NCBI GenBank assembly: GCA_020847715.1
Contig: JADLBM010000021.1
Location: 800-64,799, forward strand
Reading direction: 5' to 3'
Length of the DNA stretch: 64,000 nt
From: Candidatus Yanofskybacteria bacterium
Lineage (GTDB): Bacteria; Patescibacteriota; Minisyncoccia; 2-02-FULL-40-12; GWA2-44-9
In this document: positions 1-9,649 of the stretch, piece by piece
How positions within the stretch are numbered: the first letter of the stretch is position 1
How the letters are laid out: each line of letters begins with the position of its first letter
Translations under genes and position numbers: made by a program
The notes under the pieces: model-generated
What the model saw: the letters and a program-made list of their open reading frames with translations, nothing else
What the model was told of the DNA's origin: nothing
Database searches by the model: none

Positions 1-521
1 CCATGCCCTCCCAGCTCGCGAACAACCGTAAACCCGTCGCGCTCGATGCGCGCCTGGATGGCGTGCCCAATGTCTCCCAGCGTGTTGCCCGGACGGCACT
101 GCGCGATACCGGCATCGAGCGCCTCCCGCGTCACCTGTATGAGCTTCCGCTTTCGCTCGTGCTCGGGCGCCGCCGGATTGCTCGCGACCAGCACGGTCAC
201 CGCCGAGTCCGACTGCCACCCGTCTTTGACCACGCCAAAGTCGAGCTTGAGGAGGTCCCCGTCGCGAAGTGCGTAGTCCGAGCCCGGCGTGTGAACCGCC
301 TGCGCATTCACGGAGAGACAAATCACATCGGGATAGTTATTGTAGTGCAAGAACGATGCCTCAACGCCATGCGCGCGAATGAGCGCGGCCGCGCGCGCGG
401 AAATCTCGCCCGTTGTCACGCCAACCTTCGGCATCGCCGAAAGCTCGCGCAATATCGCGGCGAGAATCGCGCCGCTCTGCCGCATTATTTCAACCTGTTG
501 AGGACTCTTCAGTGTAATCAT
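1..521 (-). CDS. map: methionine aminopeptidase (3' end runs off window)
   Basis: Manual translation: MITLKSPQQVEIMRQSG...GNTLGDIGHAIQ...GFTVVRELGGHG; follows adk as in the canonical secY-adk-map order; not in ORF track. Confidence 0.93.
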   Translation of the reverse strand, partial: MITLKSPQQVEIMRQSGAILAAILRELSAMPKVGVTTGEISARAAALIRAHGVEASFLHYNNYPDVICLSVNAQAVHTPGSDYALRDGDLLKLDFGVVKDGWQSDSAVTVLVASNPAAPEHERKRKLIQVTREALDAGIAQCRPGNTLGDIGHAIQARIERDGFTVVRELGGH

Positions 522-638
522 GTCCGAAAACTATACATCAAAAATCTTATTCTAGCCAGGCCAAGCTCTCTCCCCTCCCCACTTCCGCAGACGCTACTTC
601 ACAAAAAAGCCGCCACCTTTCTTGGTGGCGGTCATGCG

Positions 639-944
639 TCACTGACTGCGCCCTTCCCGTATGCGGCTCATCTCGAATGGAGAAACATCGAACATGGCGC
701 CGCAGTTCTTGCAGTAGATATTCCCGGTGATTTGTCCGCCGCATCCGCTCGAGGCTTCATGTATCTCGTCGGACCCGCAGTCGGGACATGCGAGCAACTT
801 CTTGAACGTGGCAAACTCTGCCGCAGATAGCGTACCGCAGGTGCGCGGCTCTCGCGCCAATGGCGGCACAGTCGCTTTGCTCCGCACAACAACCGCAGGA
901 TTCTCCGCCCGGACCCTGAACAACGACCGCAACCACCCAAGCAT
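639..944 (-). CDS. orphan zinc-ribbon protein
   Basis: CPDCG...CKNCG; TTGACT-17-CATATT promoter, GGAGGTGA SD, terminator at ~602-632. Confidence 0.75.
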   Translation of the reverse strand: MLGWLRSLFRVRAENPAVVVRSKATVPPLAREPRTCGTLSAAEFATFKKLLACPDCGSDEIHEASSGCGGQITGNIYCKNCGAMFDVSPFEMSRIREGRSQ

Positions 945-1070
945 CGGTCACCTCCAGCCATGGCTAATATGTCTTTCGGCTTACAATAAGTCAATGGGAA
1001 TGGTGTTCTGCGGAGGTTCAGCCTCCACAGAAAAAAGAAAACCCGGCGGGGAGGCCGGGGGTTGAGGGGG

Positions 1071-1772
1071 CTACTGCCGCGGTGCGGGAGTGGTGCGCCG
1101 CTCCAGCGCGCCGACAACTTCCTGATGAATGGCCTGAATGCTCTGGCTAGCATCGATGGCAAAGATGGGGACACCGTTGGCGCGGAACGTGTTGAGTGTT
1201 GGCTCAGTGAGTTTTCGATACTCAGAAAACCGAGTACCCGTCTTGCTCGGATCGTCGAGCTCCCGCACATACAACTCACTGCCGTCTTTCGGACAGGTTG
1301 TGAGACTCGCAAACTCTGGCGTTGCCGGAATCGGATGGTTATGCGCACGACATAGGCGTCTCGTCGCGATACGACTGCTCGCGACCTCATCGGGAATGAC
1401 CAGATTAATAACCAGCACGCTGTCCGCGCCATACACCTTCACCATCTCCGGCACCTCGATTTCCGCTTCAAACACGGTGCGAGGAGAGCCGGAAAAGATG
1501 AGTCCCTTCCCCTGTGCAGCGACCGGTCGCACGAACTCCATCATGATTTCGGCAACGAACGGACCGGAGTTCAACTCTCCCGTGTCGAACTTCCGCTTCT
1601 CCTCACGAATGACGGGGTCGTCCGGATTTGCAGCGAACTTCGCAAGAATGAGCTTCGAGCTCGGAACCTGAATGAAACCAAACTCCTCGATGAGAAGTCC
1701 TGCTTGAGTGTCTTTCCCTGAGCCCGGCGCCCCGACGAAGAAGACTGCTTGTGGCCGTAGAGTTGCCTCCAT
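1071..1772 (-). CDS. adk: adenylate kinase
   Basis: GAPGSGKDTQA P-loop, GSPRT, lid region; start MEATL 6 nt after TACTAT (leaderless-like). Confidence 0.93.
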   Translation of the reverse strand: MEATLRPQAVFFVGAPGSGKDTQAGLLIEEFGFIQVPSSKLILAKFAANPDDPVIREEKRKFDTGELNSGPFVAEIMMEFVRPVAAQGKGLIFSGSPRTVFEAEIEVPEMVKVYGADSVLVINLVIPDEVASSRIATRRLCRAHNHPIPATPEFASLTTCPKDGSELYVRELDDPSKTGTRFSEYRKLTEPTLNTFRANGVPIFAIDASQSIQAIHQEVVGALERRTTPAPRQ

Positions 1773-2021
1773 GCCTTCATAGTACCAAACGGGAAGGACT
1801 GGCAAATGTTGACGAACGGCCGCTCCTCTTCTGTGGATGTAACTCAGAACCGCTTAAGCGACGACGTCAAACAAAATAAAGAGGGAGTCCGTAGACTCCC
1901 TCGTAAGGGTGGTGGGCCGGTGGCCCTTCCTTATTCTCCATCACGGGCGCCCCTCTGCGCCCTATCGTGTCTTCAATCCATTCTCCTCCTTCTTTGGCTG
2001 TGGGGGAGCGTCGGCGCTAGG

Positions 2022-2645
2022 CTACTTCTTCTTGCCCTTGCCGCCGCCCTTCTGCTTGTCCCCGCCCTTCTTGTTCTTCTTCTTGCCCCTGCCCTCCTCG
2101 GGCTTGGGGGCGCGGTGCTTGAGCGCCGCGGCCTCGCGCTGCTGGCGCCGCGAGAGCTTCTTGTGGTGGCGGCGCTCACGGTGGCCCTCGGCGAGGATCG
2201 CGTTGATGCCGCGGTCCTGGTTCGCGATGGCGAGCCCCAGCGAGCGCTGAGACCGGAACTGCTCGTCCCGAGTCTTGTTCTCCTGGACCCAGCGCTCCAT
2301 CAGGGCGATGGTGCCCTCGGTCCGGAAGGTCCTGAACCCCATCCGCTGCCCGCAGCGGCGGCAGAGCTCGGCCTTCAGGATCTCCTCGCGGGTGAGCGGC
2401 TTCGCCTTCATCTTCCTGCGAAGGTCCTCCCAGCTGAGCTGGTCCGCTCCTGCGAAGTCCGCGGGACGAGCCTGCTGGTAGAGCTTCTTGAGCTCGGGCA
2501 CGAAGCCCTCCCCCTGCCCGAACGACCAGCCACACCCCGTGCGGGAGCACTTCGCCATCTCGGCGACGCTCTCGGTGGAGGTGGAGGTCTGCGGAGCGCT
2601 GGTGGGCGCGACCGCGGGCGTGGAGATCGGGATGATGGTCGTCAT
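2022..2645 (-). CDS. orphan protein with Cys pairs and very basic C-terminal tail
   Basis: CSRTGC and CRRC motifs, Lys/Arg-rich tail; TTGACA-17-TATTAT promoter, GGGAGG SD before MTTIIP. Confidence 0.75.
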   Translation of the reverse strand: MTTIIPISTPAVAPTSAPQTSTSTESVAEMAKCSRTGCGWSFGQGEGFVPELKKLYQQARPADFAGADQLSWEDLRRKMKAKPLTREEILKAELCRRCGQRMGFRTFRTEGTIALMERWVQENKTRDEQFRSQRSLGLAIANQDRGINAILAEGHRERRHHKKLSRRQQREAAALKHRAPKPEEGRGKKKNKKGGDKQKGGGKGKKK

Positions 2646-2749
2646 GGTCTCCTCCCTCATTTTTCAACCGATTGCCGCCCCAAGCGGCTATCGTAGCGTG
2701 AGTTAATAATAGCATATTCAAGTTGTTTTGTCAAATTGCCCGTTCTGAT

Positions 2750-2781
2750 ACAATCCTACGGCCTGCTGGCCTCAGGATTGT
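2750..2781. repeat. REP-like palindrome (CCTGAG..CG(T/A)AGG type)
   Basis: acaatcctacggcc-tgct-ggcctcaggattgt; same architecture as 19856-19875. Confidence 0.5.
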
Positions 2782-2835
2782 TGCGCGACGGGTACGCGCA
2801 ACAAAAAGGCGGGGAGTGCTTCCCCCGCCTTGTGT

Positions 2836-3267
2836 TCAGCACCCGCCGGCCGTGAGGTCCGGCTCCGTGCTGACCGGCTCCCAGCGTGAGCCGACCTTCT
2901 TCCCAGGCACGGGCTTGCCCAGCTCGTAGGCCTCGATGGCTCGCAGGACCATCCCCAGCCGATTGTCGAGATCACCCCACTCCCTCGAGTCCGAAAAGCC
3001 CAGTACCGCAAGCGCCTCCAAGGTAGCCGCTTGTGCGTATCCTAATGGGTTGCTCTCGGAGAGCATGGCCTCCGGCCACGGCCGATGGAACAGGCCAATG
3101 AGTTGCCCGGCTGGACCTTCGAGGCAACCGCCGCCGGCGATGTGGAGGCGCACCATACCGGTTGGCAGGGTCTCGCAACGGCCAATTTCGTACCATCCGC
3201 AGTCCGCGTTCTCCGACACCATGTCGCCGCGACGAACGTCTCGAAATGCGATTGCCTTCACAAACAT
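2836..3267 (-). CDS. orphan protein, paralog of 3343-3681
   Basis: KAI..RDVRRGD, RPWPE, AIEAYELGK shared with neighbour; GGAGGTGG SD. Confidence 0.75.
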   Translation of the reverse strand: MFVKAIAFRDVRRGDMVSENADCGWYEIGRCETLPTGMVRLHIAGGGCLEGPAGQLIGLFHRPWPEAMLSESNPLGYAQAATLEALAVLGFSDSREWGDLDNRLGMVLRAIEAYELGKPVPGKKVGSRWEPVSTEPDLTAGGC

Positions 3268-3342
3268 CGTCCACCTCCACCGCTGCTATATCACAATTTC
3301 AGAATAAGAAAAGGCGGCCCGTACGGGTCGCCTGCGGGCGGA

Positions 3343-3681
3343 TTACATGCCCTTTCCCAACTCGTATTCGTCGATAGCCGTTCGCAGATGCTCAATGTGG
3401 TTATTGAACTCCGCTTGGCTCAGAGCGCCGATGGACATGGTAGTCCGAGCGAGAAGCTCTATTCGCTTCCTGCACTCATCCGCGGTCCTCCATTCCGGCA
3501 AGGGCCGGCGTCCGAGCCCGACGATGTCGTACTCCTTGAGGCGAAGCTTGCGACCATCGGTCGTCTTGAGCGTGACCTCAGTCCCGCACAGCTCGACCCA
3601 CTCCACCTCAGCACGCGCCCCGCCAGAGATCAAAACAGAGTCCCCGGCACGCACATGCTTTGCGAAAATCGCCTTCAGCAT
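3343..3681 (-). CDS. orphan protein, paralog of 2836-3267
   Basis: KAIFAKHVRAGD, RPLPE, AIDEYELGK; GAGGTGA SD. Confidence 0.75.
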   Translation of the reverse strand: MLKAIFAKHVRAGDSVLISGGARAEVEWVELCGTEVTLKTTDGRKLRLKEYDIVGLGRRPLPEWRTADECRKRIELLARTTMSIGALSQAEFNNHIEHLRTAIDEYELGKGM

Positions 3682-3789
3682 CTCTCACCTCTCGAGAGCC
3701 AACGCGGCCCGAGATCCCGAGGCAGTACGCCGAGGGATACATTTCTATACCACAATCGGTATGTTTGTCGAGTCACACGGATTGAGGGG

Positions 3790-3887
3790 TTTCACCCAAG
3801 GCCGAGGCGTAAGCGAGCACCGGAGCGAGCCGTACTGAAGGGTACGGAGAGCGAGGAGCAGAGCGACAACGATGGGATTGGGTGAAA
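3790..3887. repeat. ~100-bp structured palindromic element, copy 1
   Basis: tttcacccaa/ttgggtgaaa terminal stem, central ccgtac..gtacgg hairpin; aligns with 19680-19795. Confidence 0.7.
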
Positions 3888-3905
3888 TAACCAATCCAGA
3901 GCAAA

Positions 3906-3942
3906 GCAAAAGCCGCACCGAGGATTGTTGTGCGGCTCTTGC
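3906..3942 (-). terminator. intrinsic terminator after secY
   Basis: agccgcac/gtgcggct stem followed by TTTTG on minus strand. Confidence 0.6.
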
Positions 3943-3964
3943 GGAGCGACGAACACTCACGGAA

Positions 3965-5224
3965 CTAGTACTCGTACAACGACAGCTGCGCCTGCACCTG
4001 CTTCATGATTTCGAGGGCGACCGACACCACAATCAGAATGGAGGTGCCACCAACGGTGAATGCGGTGATGCCTGTGAAGCCCTGCACGATGTTCGGAAGC
4101 ACTGCAATCGTCCCGAGGAACAACGCACCAACCAGTGTGACACGATTCAGGAGATGGTTCAGAAAACTTGCGGTCTGCTGGCCGGGACGAATGCCCGGAA
4201 TGTAGCCGCCCTGCTTCTGGATGTTCTCGCTGATACTCTTCGGATCGAAAGTAATAGCCGTGTAGAAGTAGGTGAAGAGCGCGACGAGTGTGAAATATAG
4301 AATGCCGTAGAACAGCTGGTTCTGGAGCGCATTACTCACCATGGTTGCCACACGAGCGACCGTCTGAACATGCGATGCGACGAAGAAGTTCGCGATGATG
4401 CCCGGGAACAAAAGGAGCGACAGCGCAAAGATAATGGGAATGACTCCGGCATTGTTCACGCGCATCGGAAGGTAGGTGCTCACGCCGCCGTACTGCCGCG
4501 CACCTCGCACGCGCCGCGCATAGTTGATGGGAATGTTGCGTTGCGCCTCGCTGATATAGACCACACCGGCGATGACTGCGAGTCCGACCACCACAAACGC
4601 GACGTAGGTGAACAGCTGATCAGCCGAGTAGGTGAAAATAGCCTGCTGGATTTGCTGTGGCACGCTCGCAACGATGCCCGTCAAGATAAGCAACGACGTG
4701 CCGTTGCCAAGATTCTTCTCAGAAATAAGCTCGCCCAGCCACATCAGGAACACCGAACCCGCGGCGATGATAGAGAGTGTGCCAAGCATCTGCATGCCAC
4801 CCATCGGGGCGAGGATATCCTGTCGCGTAAGAAGGACAAGGAAGCTGTACCCCTGCAGGAATGCCAACGGCACCGTCAGGAGGCGGCTATACTGGTTGAA
4901 CTTTGCGCGACCCTGCTCCCCTTCGTGCTTGTACATTTGCTCAAGCGACGGGAAAATCATGGTCAACAGCTGCATGATAATACTGCCCGTGATGTAGGGC
5001 CCGAGTCCGAGCATCGCAATAGAGAGCGTCGACAGCGAGCCGCCTGTGAAGGTGCTCACCAAACCGAACAGCGTGTTTTGGCTCAAGAAATCGCGGAGGC
5101 GTGATGCATCAACGGCCGGAATAGGCACATTGTGCAGCACCTGAGCGATAGCGGTCATCGCGAGGATGAAGAGGACCTTCGAGCGAAGCTCTTTGCGACG
5201 GAATATCTGGGTGATGTAATTCAT
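3965..5224 (-). CDS. secY: preprotein translocase SecY
   Basis: LGLGPYITGSIIMQLL, GNGTSLLI, GVIPIIFA, IPGIRPG motifs; start MNYITQ. Confidence 0.98.
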   Translation of the reverse strand: MNYITQIFRRKELRSKVLFILAMTAIAQVLHNVPIPAVDASRLRDFLSQNTLFGLVSTFTGGSLSTLSIAMLGLGPYITGSIIMQLLTMIFPSLEQMYKHEGEQGRAKFNQYSRLLTVPLAFLQGYSFLVLLTRQDILAPMGGMQMLGTLSIIAAGSVFLMWLGELISEKNLGNGTSLLILTGIVASVPQQIQQAIFTYSADQLFTYVAFVVVGLAVIAGVVYISEAQRNIPINYARRVRGARQYGGVSTYLPMRVNNAGVIPIIFALSLLLFPGIIANFFVASHVQTVARVATMVSNALQNQLFYGILYFTLVALFTYFYTAITFDPKSISENIQKQGGYIPGIRPGQQTASFLNHLLNRVTLVGALFLGTIAVLPNIVQGFTGITAFTVGGTSILIVVSVALEIMKQVQAQLSLYEY

Positions 5225-5264
5225 AGAACCTCTTCTGTATATCACACAACCTCCGCACTGCACA

Positions 5265-5741
5265 CTACAGGCCAACCGTACCGCCTGCGTCCTCGATCTT
5301 CTTCTTGGCTGCAGCAGACAGCATAACCCCGCTGGTCATAAGCTTCCGCTTAATGTCACCAGTCGAGAGAATCTTCACACGAGTCGTCCCCTGCGGAGCG
5401 AGCCCCTTTTCGATGAGCGTTGCGAGCGAGACCGTCTCACCATCCTTGAACACATCCAGTGCGCGCAGCTTGAGTTCGAACGCCGTTGTGTTCTTCACCG
5501 AGAAGAAACGATGCTTCTTGTGCGGGCTCTTGTTGCCATGCTTCTTCGTGGCTCCGCGCTGCTTCGGGAACAACTGCCAGATGCGATTGTCGCCGCCACG
5601 AAAGCCCGGGCGCACGCTTGCGCCGGCGCGAGACTTCTGTCCCTTCGTCCCCGAGCCGCTCGTTGTGCCGCGCTTACCGCCACGGCCAATGCGCTTATGC
5701 TTCTTTCGGGGAGTCTTTGATTTGAGCGAGGAAAGGTCCAT
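5265..5741 (-). CDS. rplO: 50S ribosomal protein L15
   Basis: RIGRGGKRGTTSGSGTKGQKSRAG; position in spc operon. Confidence 0.97.
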   Translation of the reverse strand: MDLSSLKSKTPRKKHKRIGRGGKRGTTSGSGTKGQKSRAGASVRPGFRGGDNRIWQLFPKQRGATKKHGNKSPHKKHRFFSVKNTTAFELKLRALDVFKDGETVSLATLIEKGLAPQGTTRVKILSTGDIKRKLMTSGVMLSAAAKKKIEDAGGTVGL

Positions 5742-5748
5742 GACGAAA

Positions 5749-6366
5749 TTATTTCTTCACCGCTCCTGCGCGGATCTTGGCGAGCGCCGAGATCGTCGCG
5801 CGTGCGATGTTGATCTTGTTGTTGGTGCGGCCAGTGAGCTTTCCGGTCAGTCCGGCGATACCAGCCATCTGTGCGACGACGCGGACCGCGCCGCCCGCCT
5901 TAATACCCGACTTCGACGGCTTCAGAATAACCGTCGCGCTCGAGTACTTTCCCTCTACCTGATACGGGATGGTGCCGTCTTTGATCACCAGCGTGAGGAG
6001 GTTCTTCTTCGCCTGATGGTAGGCCTTCTGGATGGACTGCTGAACATCGCGCCCCTTTGCAAGGCCGACGCCAACGCGGCCCTTCCCATTTCCGGCGACC
6101 ACCGTCGCGCGGAACGAGAACCGCTTACCACCCTTCGTCACACGCGCAACGCGAGCGATATCAAGTGTGCGCTGATCGTACTCCGGCTTCTCCATCGGAC
6201 GATCGCGACGCGGGCCACGGCCTCCCGGGCGTCCCGGGCCGTTGCGACCGCCGCGCGTGCCGAACCGACCGCCGCGCATCGGGCGCATAGGTTCCTGTCG
6301 CTCAGCGACCGGCGCTGCCGGAGGAGTCGTTACAGGTGCTGGATTGTTCGTAGTGTTCTCGTCCAT
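5749..6366 (-). CDS. rpsE: 30S ribosomal protein S5
   Basis: RVARVTKGGKRFSF, GIKAGGAVR. Confidence 0.97.
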   Translation of the reverse strand: MDENTTNNPAPVTTPPAAPVAERQEPMRPMRGGRFGTRGGRNGPGRPGGRGPRRDRPMEKPEYDQRTLDIARVARVTKGGKRFSFRATVVAGNGKGRVGVGLAKGRDVQQSIQKAYHQAKKNLLTLVIKDGTIPYQVEGKYSSATVILKPSKSGIKAGGAVRVVAQMAGIAGLTGKLTGRTNNKINIARATISALAKIRAGAVKK

Positions 6367-6370
6367 ATGA

Positions 6371-6727
6371 TTAGAGCGTGATGCCTGCCGCACGGAGCGC
6401 CTCAGCGACTGCCTTGATGCGCCCGTGGTACTTGAATCCGGCTTTGTCGAATACAACCGTCGTCACACCCTTGACCTTGAGCAACTCCGCGAGCTTCTCT
6501 CCCGCCGTGGTCGCACGTACGGACTTTGCTCCCTTCACCTTGAGGTGTGCATCATTCACGGCCGCCACGGTTGTTCCGGAGACGTCGTCAATCGCCTGCA
6601 CATACACAGAGGTGTTGCTCTTGAATACGGTCACACGAGGCCGCTCGGCGGTGCCGGAAATCTTCGCGCGCCCACGCACCTGACGGCGGATACGATTGAC
6701 TCTCTTTGTGATATTGATGTCGGTCAT
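6371..6727 (-). CDS. rplR: 50S ribosomal protein L18
   Basis: GTAERPRVTVFKSN, FDKAGFKYHGRIKA. Confidence 0.97.
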   Translation of the reverse strand: MTDINITKRVNRIRRQVRGRAKISGTAERPRVTVFKSNTSVYVQAIDDVSGTTVAAVNDAHLKVKGAKSVRATTAGEKLAELLKVKGVTTVVFDKAGFKYHGRIKAVAEALRAAGITL

Positions 6728-6742
6728 GTTCGAGTATCAGCG

Positions 6743-7291
6743 TTACGCTGCGGTTGCGGCTTTCTTGCCAGCCTTCTTCTTGATGACCTCGTCCGCGTAA
6801 CGAATACCGCTCCCCTTGTACGGCTCGGGCTGACGGTAGGTGCGAATCTTCGATGCCACATGTCCCACCAGCTCCTTGTCGATACCTTCGACACGGATGG
6901 AAGTCTTGTCAGTGACAAAGGTGATACCCTCCGGTGCCGGAACCATGATGGTATGACTGTAGCCCAGCGAAAGTTCGAGGTCGCGGCCCTTCAGATTTGC
7001 CTTGTACCCGACTCCCTGGAACTCGAGCGACTCGGTCCAGCCGGTGCTGACGCCAATGATCATATTGTTCACAAGCGCACGCCACAGGCCCCACTGCGCG
7101 CGTTCGGCGCGGCTCGGGTTCTCGCGCGCAGGCGAGACGACGACCGTGTCGCCTTCAACGGATACTGCGATGTCCGCAGGAATGGTGCGGGTCAGGGTTC
7201 CCTTGGAACCTTTGACCGTCGCCAGCGTACCGCTCACGGTAACCGTGACGCCGCTCGGGATATGAATTGGCTTTTTTCCGATCTTAGACAT
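6743..7291 (-). CDS. rplF: 50S ribosomal protein L6
   Basis: MSKIGKKPI, PEPYKGSGIRY. Confidence 0.97.
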   Translation of the reverse strand: MSKIGKKPIHIPSGVTVTVSGTLATVKGSKGTLTRTIPADIAVSVEGDTVVVSPARENPSRAERAQWGLWRALVNNMIIGVSTGWTESLEFQGVGYKANLKGRDLELSLGYSHTIMVPAPEGITFVTDKTSIRVEGIDKELVGHVASKIRTYRQPEPYKGSGIRYADEVIKKKAGKKAATAA

Positions 7292-7302
7292 AGTGTTCAG
7301 TG

Positions 7303-7701
7303 CTACCAAATCTCAAACATAACCTCTCCGCCCAATCCGGTCTTCTTCGCCTCCTGCGACGTCATGATGCCCTTCGATGTCGAGACGATCGCCATGCCGT
7401 ACCCGGAACGCACCGGCCTGATCTCAGCTGCCTTAATGTAGATATGGCGACTCGGGCGGCTGATGATGCGAAGACCGGAGATGGCTCCCGCCCCGTCAGC
7501 ATACCGGAGTGCCACGTCGAGGTATTCAATCTCGCTCTTCTTTGCCTTTCGCTTGCGGCGCTCAACGTCGCCGACATACCCGGCCGACTTCAAGAGCTGC
7601 AGAATCTGCAGTCTCACATTCGAGAACGGAACCTCAACGCGCTCGTGGCCAACGGCCTGAGCATTCGTGATCCGAGTAAGCATGTCAGTGATAGGGTCCA
7701 T
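7303..7701 (-). CDS. rpsH: 30S ribosomal protein S8
   Basis: MDPITDMLTRITNA, STSKGIMT, GGEV. Confidence 0.97.
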   Translation of the reverse strand: MDPITDMLTRITNAQAVGHERVEVPFSNVRLQILQLLKSAGYVGDVERRKRKAKKSEIEYLDVALRYADGAGAISGLRIISRPSRHIYIKAAEIRPVRSGYGMAIVSTSKGIMTSQEAKKTGLGGEVMFEIW

Positions 7702-7712
7702 AGGGGAAGAAA

Positions 7713-7898
7713 TTACCAGGACGACTTACGGATACCCGGCAGCAGTCCTTGGTTGGCCAACTCGCGGAAACAGATACGGCACAGCTGAACCTTTCCGATG
7801 TAGTACCGTGCACGGCCGCACTTGAAACACCGATTCACCTTTCGGCTGCTGAACTTCGGCTTCTTATTGCTGCGTGCAATCGTAGAGGTCTTTGCCAT
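7713..7898 (-). CDS. rpsN: 30S ribosomal protein S14 (zinc-binding type)
   Basis: RCFKCGR...CRICFRELA...PGIRKSSW. Confidence 0.97.
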   Translation of the reverse strand: MAKTSTIARSNKKPKFSSRKVNRCFKCGRARYYIGKVQLCRICFRELANQGLLPGIRKSSW

Positions 7899-7907
7899 GA
7901 TGGTGTT

Positions 7908-8447
7908 CTATTTCTTCAACGGGAAACCGAGCAGCGTCAGCAAGGCAATGCCCTGCTCGCGGTTCTTCGCCGTTGTCGTGATGGTCACCTGCATACTGAA
8001 AATATCTTTCACATTCTCCACATTCACTTCCGGGAAAATGCTGTGCTCCTTGATGCCGACATTCAAGTTTCCTTCGCGATCGAAGTTCTTGGGATCGATA
8101 CCGCGGAAGTCCTTGGAAAGCGGGAGGGAAATCGTGATGAAACGCTCCAAAAAATCCCACATCCGCTTGCCGCGCAGCGTCACCGCAACGCCGACCGGAG
8201 TGCCCTGGCGCAGCTTGAAGCTCGCAATGGACTGCTTGGCCAACCGGCGCGAAGGCTTCTGCCCCGTGAGCACCGCGAGGTCGCGCTCGACGCGCTCGAT
8301 CGCTCCGGCATCCTTCGCCATGCGGCCGACGCCAACGTTCACCGTGATCTTGGTGATGCGCGGAACCGCCATGACATTGGCGATACCAAACTCCTTCCGC
8401 AGCGCGGGGAGGACCTTGGTCGTGTAGTTGTCGTGGAGACGTGACAT
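7908..8447 (-). CDS. rplE: 50S ribosomal protein L5
   Basis: VPRITKITVNVGVG, TGQKP, DFRG. Confidence 0.97.
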   Translation of the reverse strand: MSRLHDNYTTKVLPALRKEFGIANVMAVPRITKITVNVGVGRMAKDAGAIERVERDLAVLTGQKPSRRLAKQSIASFKLRQGTPVGVAVTLRGKRMWDFLERFITISLPLSKDFRGIDPKNFDREGNLNVGIKEHSIFPEVNVENVKDIFSMQVTITTTAKNREQGIALLTLLGFPLKK

Positions 8448-8491
8448 GGAATGCTTAGTATACTTACTTTTTATCTTCTGTAAAGTTCTCG

Positions 8492-8803
8492 CTAGATCTG
8501 AATCTTCGTTTTGCGATCGATACGGACCTTTGTTTTGCCGTCCGCACCCAGCTGCCAGCCAACGCGAGCCGCCTTGCCGGTATCCTTGCTAGCGACCGCC
8601 ACCGCAGACGCGCTGACCCACCGCTCAACGGAAACGATCTGCCCTTTCGAGCCCGCCTTCCGAGGACGCAGGTGGCGCTTCACCATGTTCAGCCCTTCCA
8701 CAATGACCTTGTGTGCCTTCGGGTCCGTGCGAAGAACCTTTCCGGTCTTTGCCCGGTCCTTTCCGCTCAACATGATAACAGTGTCGCCTTTCTTGATCTT
8801 CAT
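8492..8803 (-). CDS. rplX: 50S ribosomal protein L24
   Basis: MKIKKGDTVIMLSGKD KOW motif. Confidence 0.97.
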   Translation of the reverse strand: MKIKKGDTVIMLSGKDRAKTGKVLRTDPKAHKVIVEGLNMVKRHLRPRKAGSKGQIVSVERWVSASAVAVASKDTGKAARVGWQLGADGKTKVRIDRKTKIQI

Positions 8804-8813
8804 GGTCTGGTGG

Positions 8814-9179
8814 TTAGACAAGTTCCTGCGCCAACGACGCAATGGTCTGGAATCCCTTCTCCTTGATCTCGCGCGGGATTGGACCGAAAATACGACCGCC
8901 CTTCGGCTCCTTGCCGTCAACGATGACGACCGCATTGTCATCGAACCGTACGATGGTCCCGTCGGCGCGGCGCCACGGAGCCTTCTGACGAACAACGACC
9001 GCTTTCAAAATATCCTTCTTCTTGACCGCCTTGCGTGGTTCAGCGGACTTCACCGAGACCACCACGATATCCCCGATTTGGGCATACCGACGGCGGGACC
9101 CGCCGAGCACCTTGAACACGCCTACGCGTTTGGCGCCGGTGTTATCTGCAACAGTGACAATGGATCGAAGCTGTAACAT
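8814..9179 (-). CDS. rplN: 50S ribosomal protein L14
   Basis: VADNTGAK, FDDNAVV, RIFGPIPRE. Confidence 0.98.
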   Translation of the reverse strand: MLQLRSIVTVADNTGAKRVGVFKVLGGSRRRYAQIGDIVVVSVKSAEPRKAVKKKDILKAVVVRQKAPWRRADGTIVRFDDNAVVIVDGKEPKGGRIFGPIPREIKEKGFQTIASLAQELV

Positions 9180-9189
9180 GGTGGAACAA

Positions 9190-9453
9190 TTACGCCGTCA
9201 CTACCTTCTCGATAACAACCCATCGCTTCGTCTTCGACAGCGGGCGGGTTTCCTGAATGAGAACCGTATCACCGACATGGTACTCACCCTTCTCGTCGTG
9301 CGCCTGATAGCGCGCGCTGACCTTGTAGAACTTCTTATACTTCTCATTCTTCTTCAGGCGCAGCACTTCAACGACGACCGTCTTGGTCATTTTATCGCTC
9401 ACAACAATGCCCTTGAGCGTGCGTCCTTTGGATTGTACGGTTTCGGTAGTCAT
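9190..9453 (-). CDS. rpsQ: 30S ribosomal protein S17
   Basis: [22 protein letters not shown]. Confidence 0.97.
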   Translation of the reverse strand: MTTETVQSKGRTLKGIVVSDKMTKTVVVEVLRLKKNEKYKKFYKVSARYQAHDEKGEYHVGDTVLIQETRPLSKTKRWVVIEKVVTA

Positions 9454-9460
9454 GGTGATG

Positions 9461-9646
9461 TTATGCGGAACGCTTCAGCGCAGTCAGAATGCGTGCGATG
9501 AGGCGGCGCGTTTCCCGAAGATCGCTCGTCTTCTTGAGCTTCTTGTCGGCAAGATCGAAGCGCATCTGTGCGACCTTCGCCTGAGACTCCCGGAGGAGCG
9601 TCTCAAGTTCAGCTGCATTCTTGGATGTGAGGTCGTGCTTTTTCAT
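9461..9646 (-). CDS. rpmC: 50S ribosomal protein L29
   Basis: RRLIARILT motif, size and position. Confidence 0.93.
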   Translation of the reverse strand: MKKHDLTSKNAAELETLLRESQAKVAQMRFDLADKKLKKTSDLRETRRLIARILTALKRSA

Positions 9647-9649
9647 GGT

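Noticed and set aside
3-830. 275-aa plus-strand ORF
   Set aside because: Antisense to map and the Zn-ribbon gene
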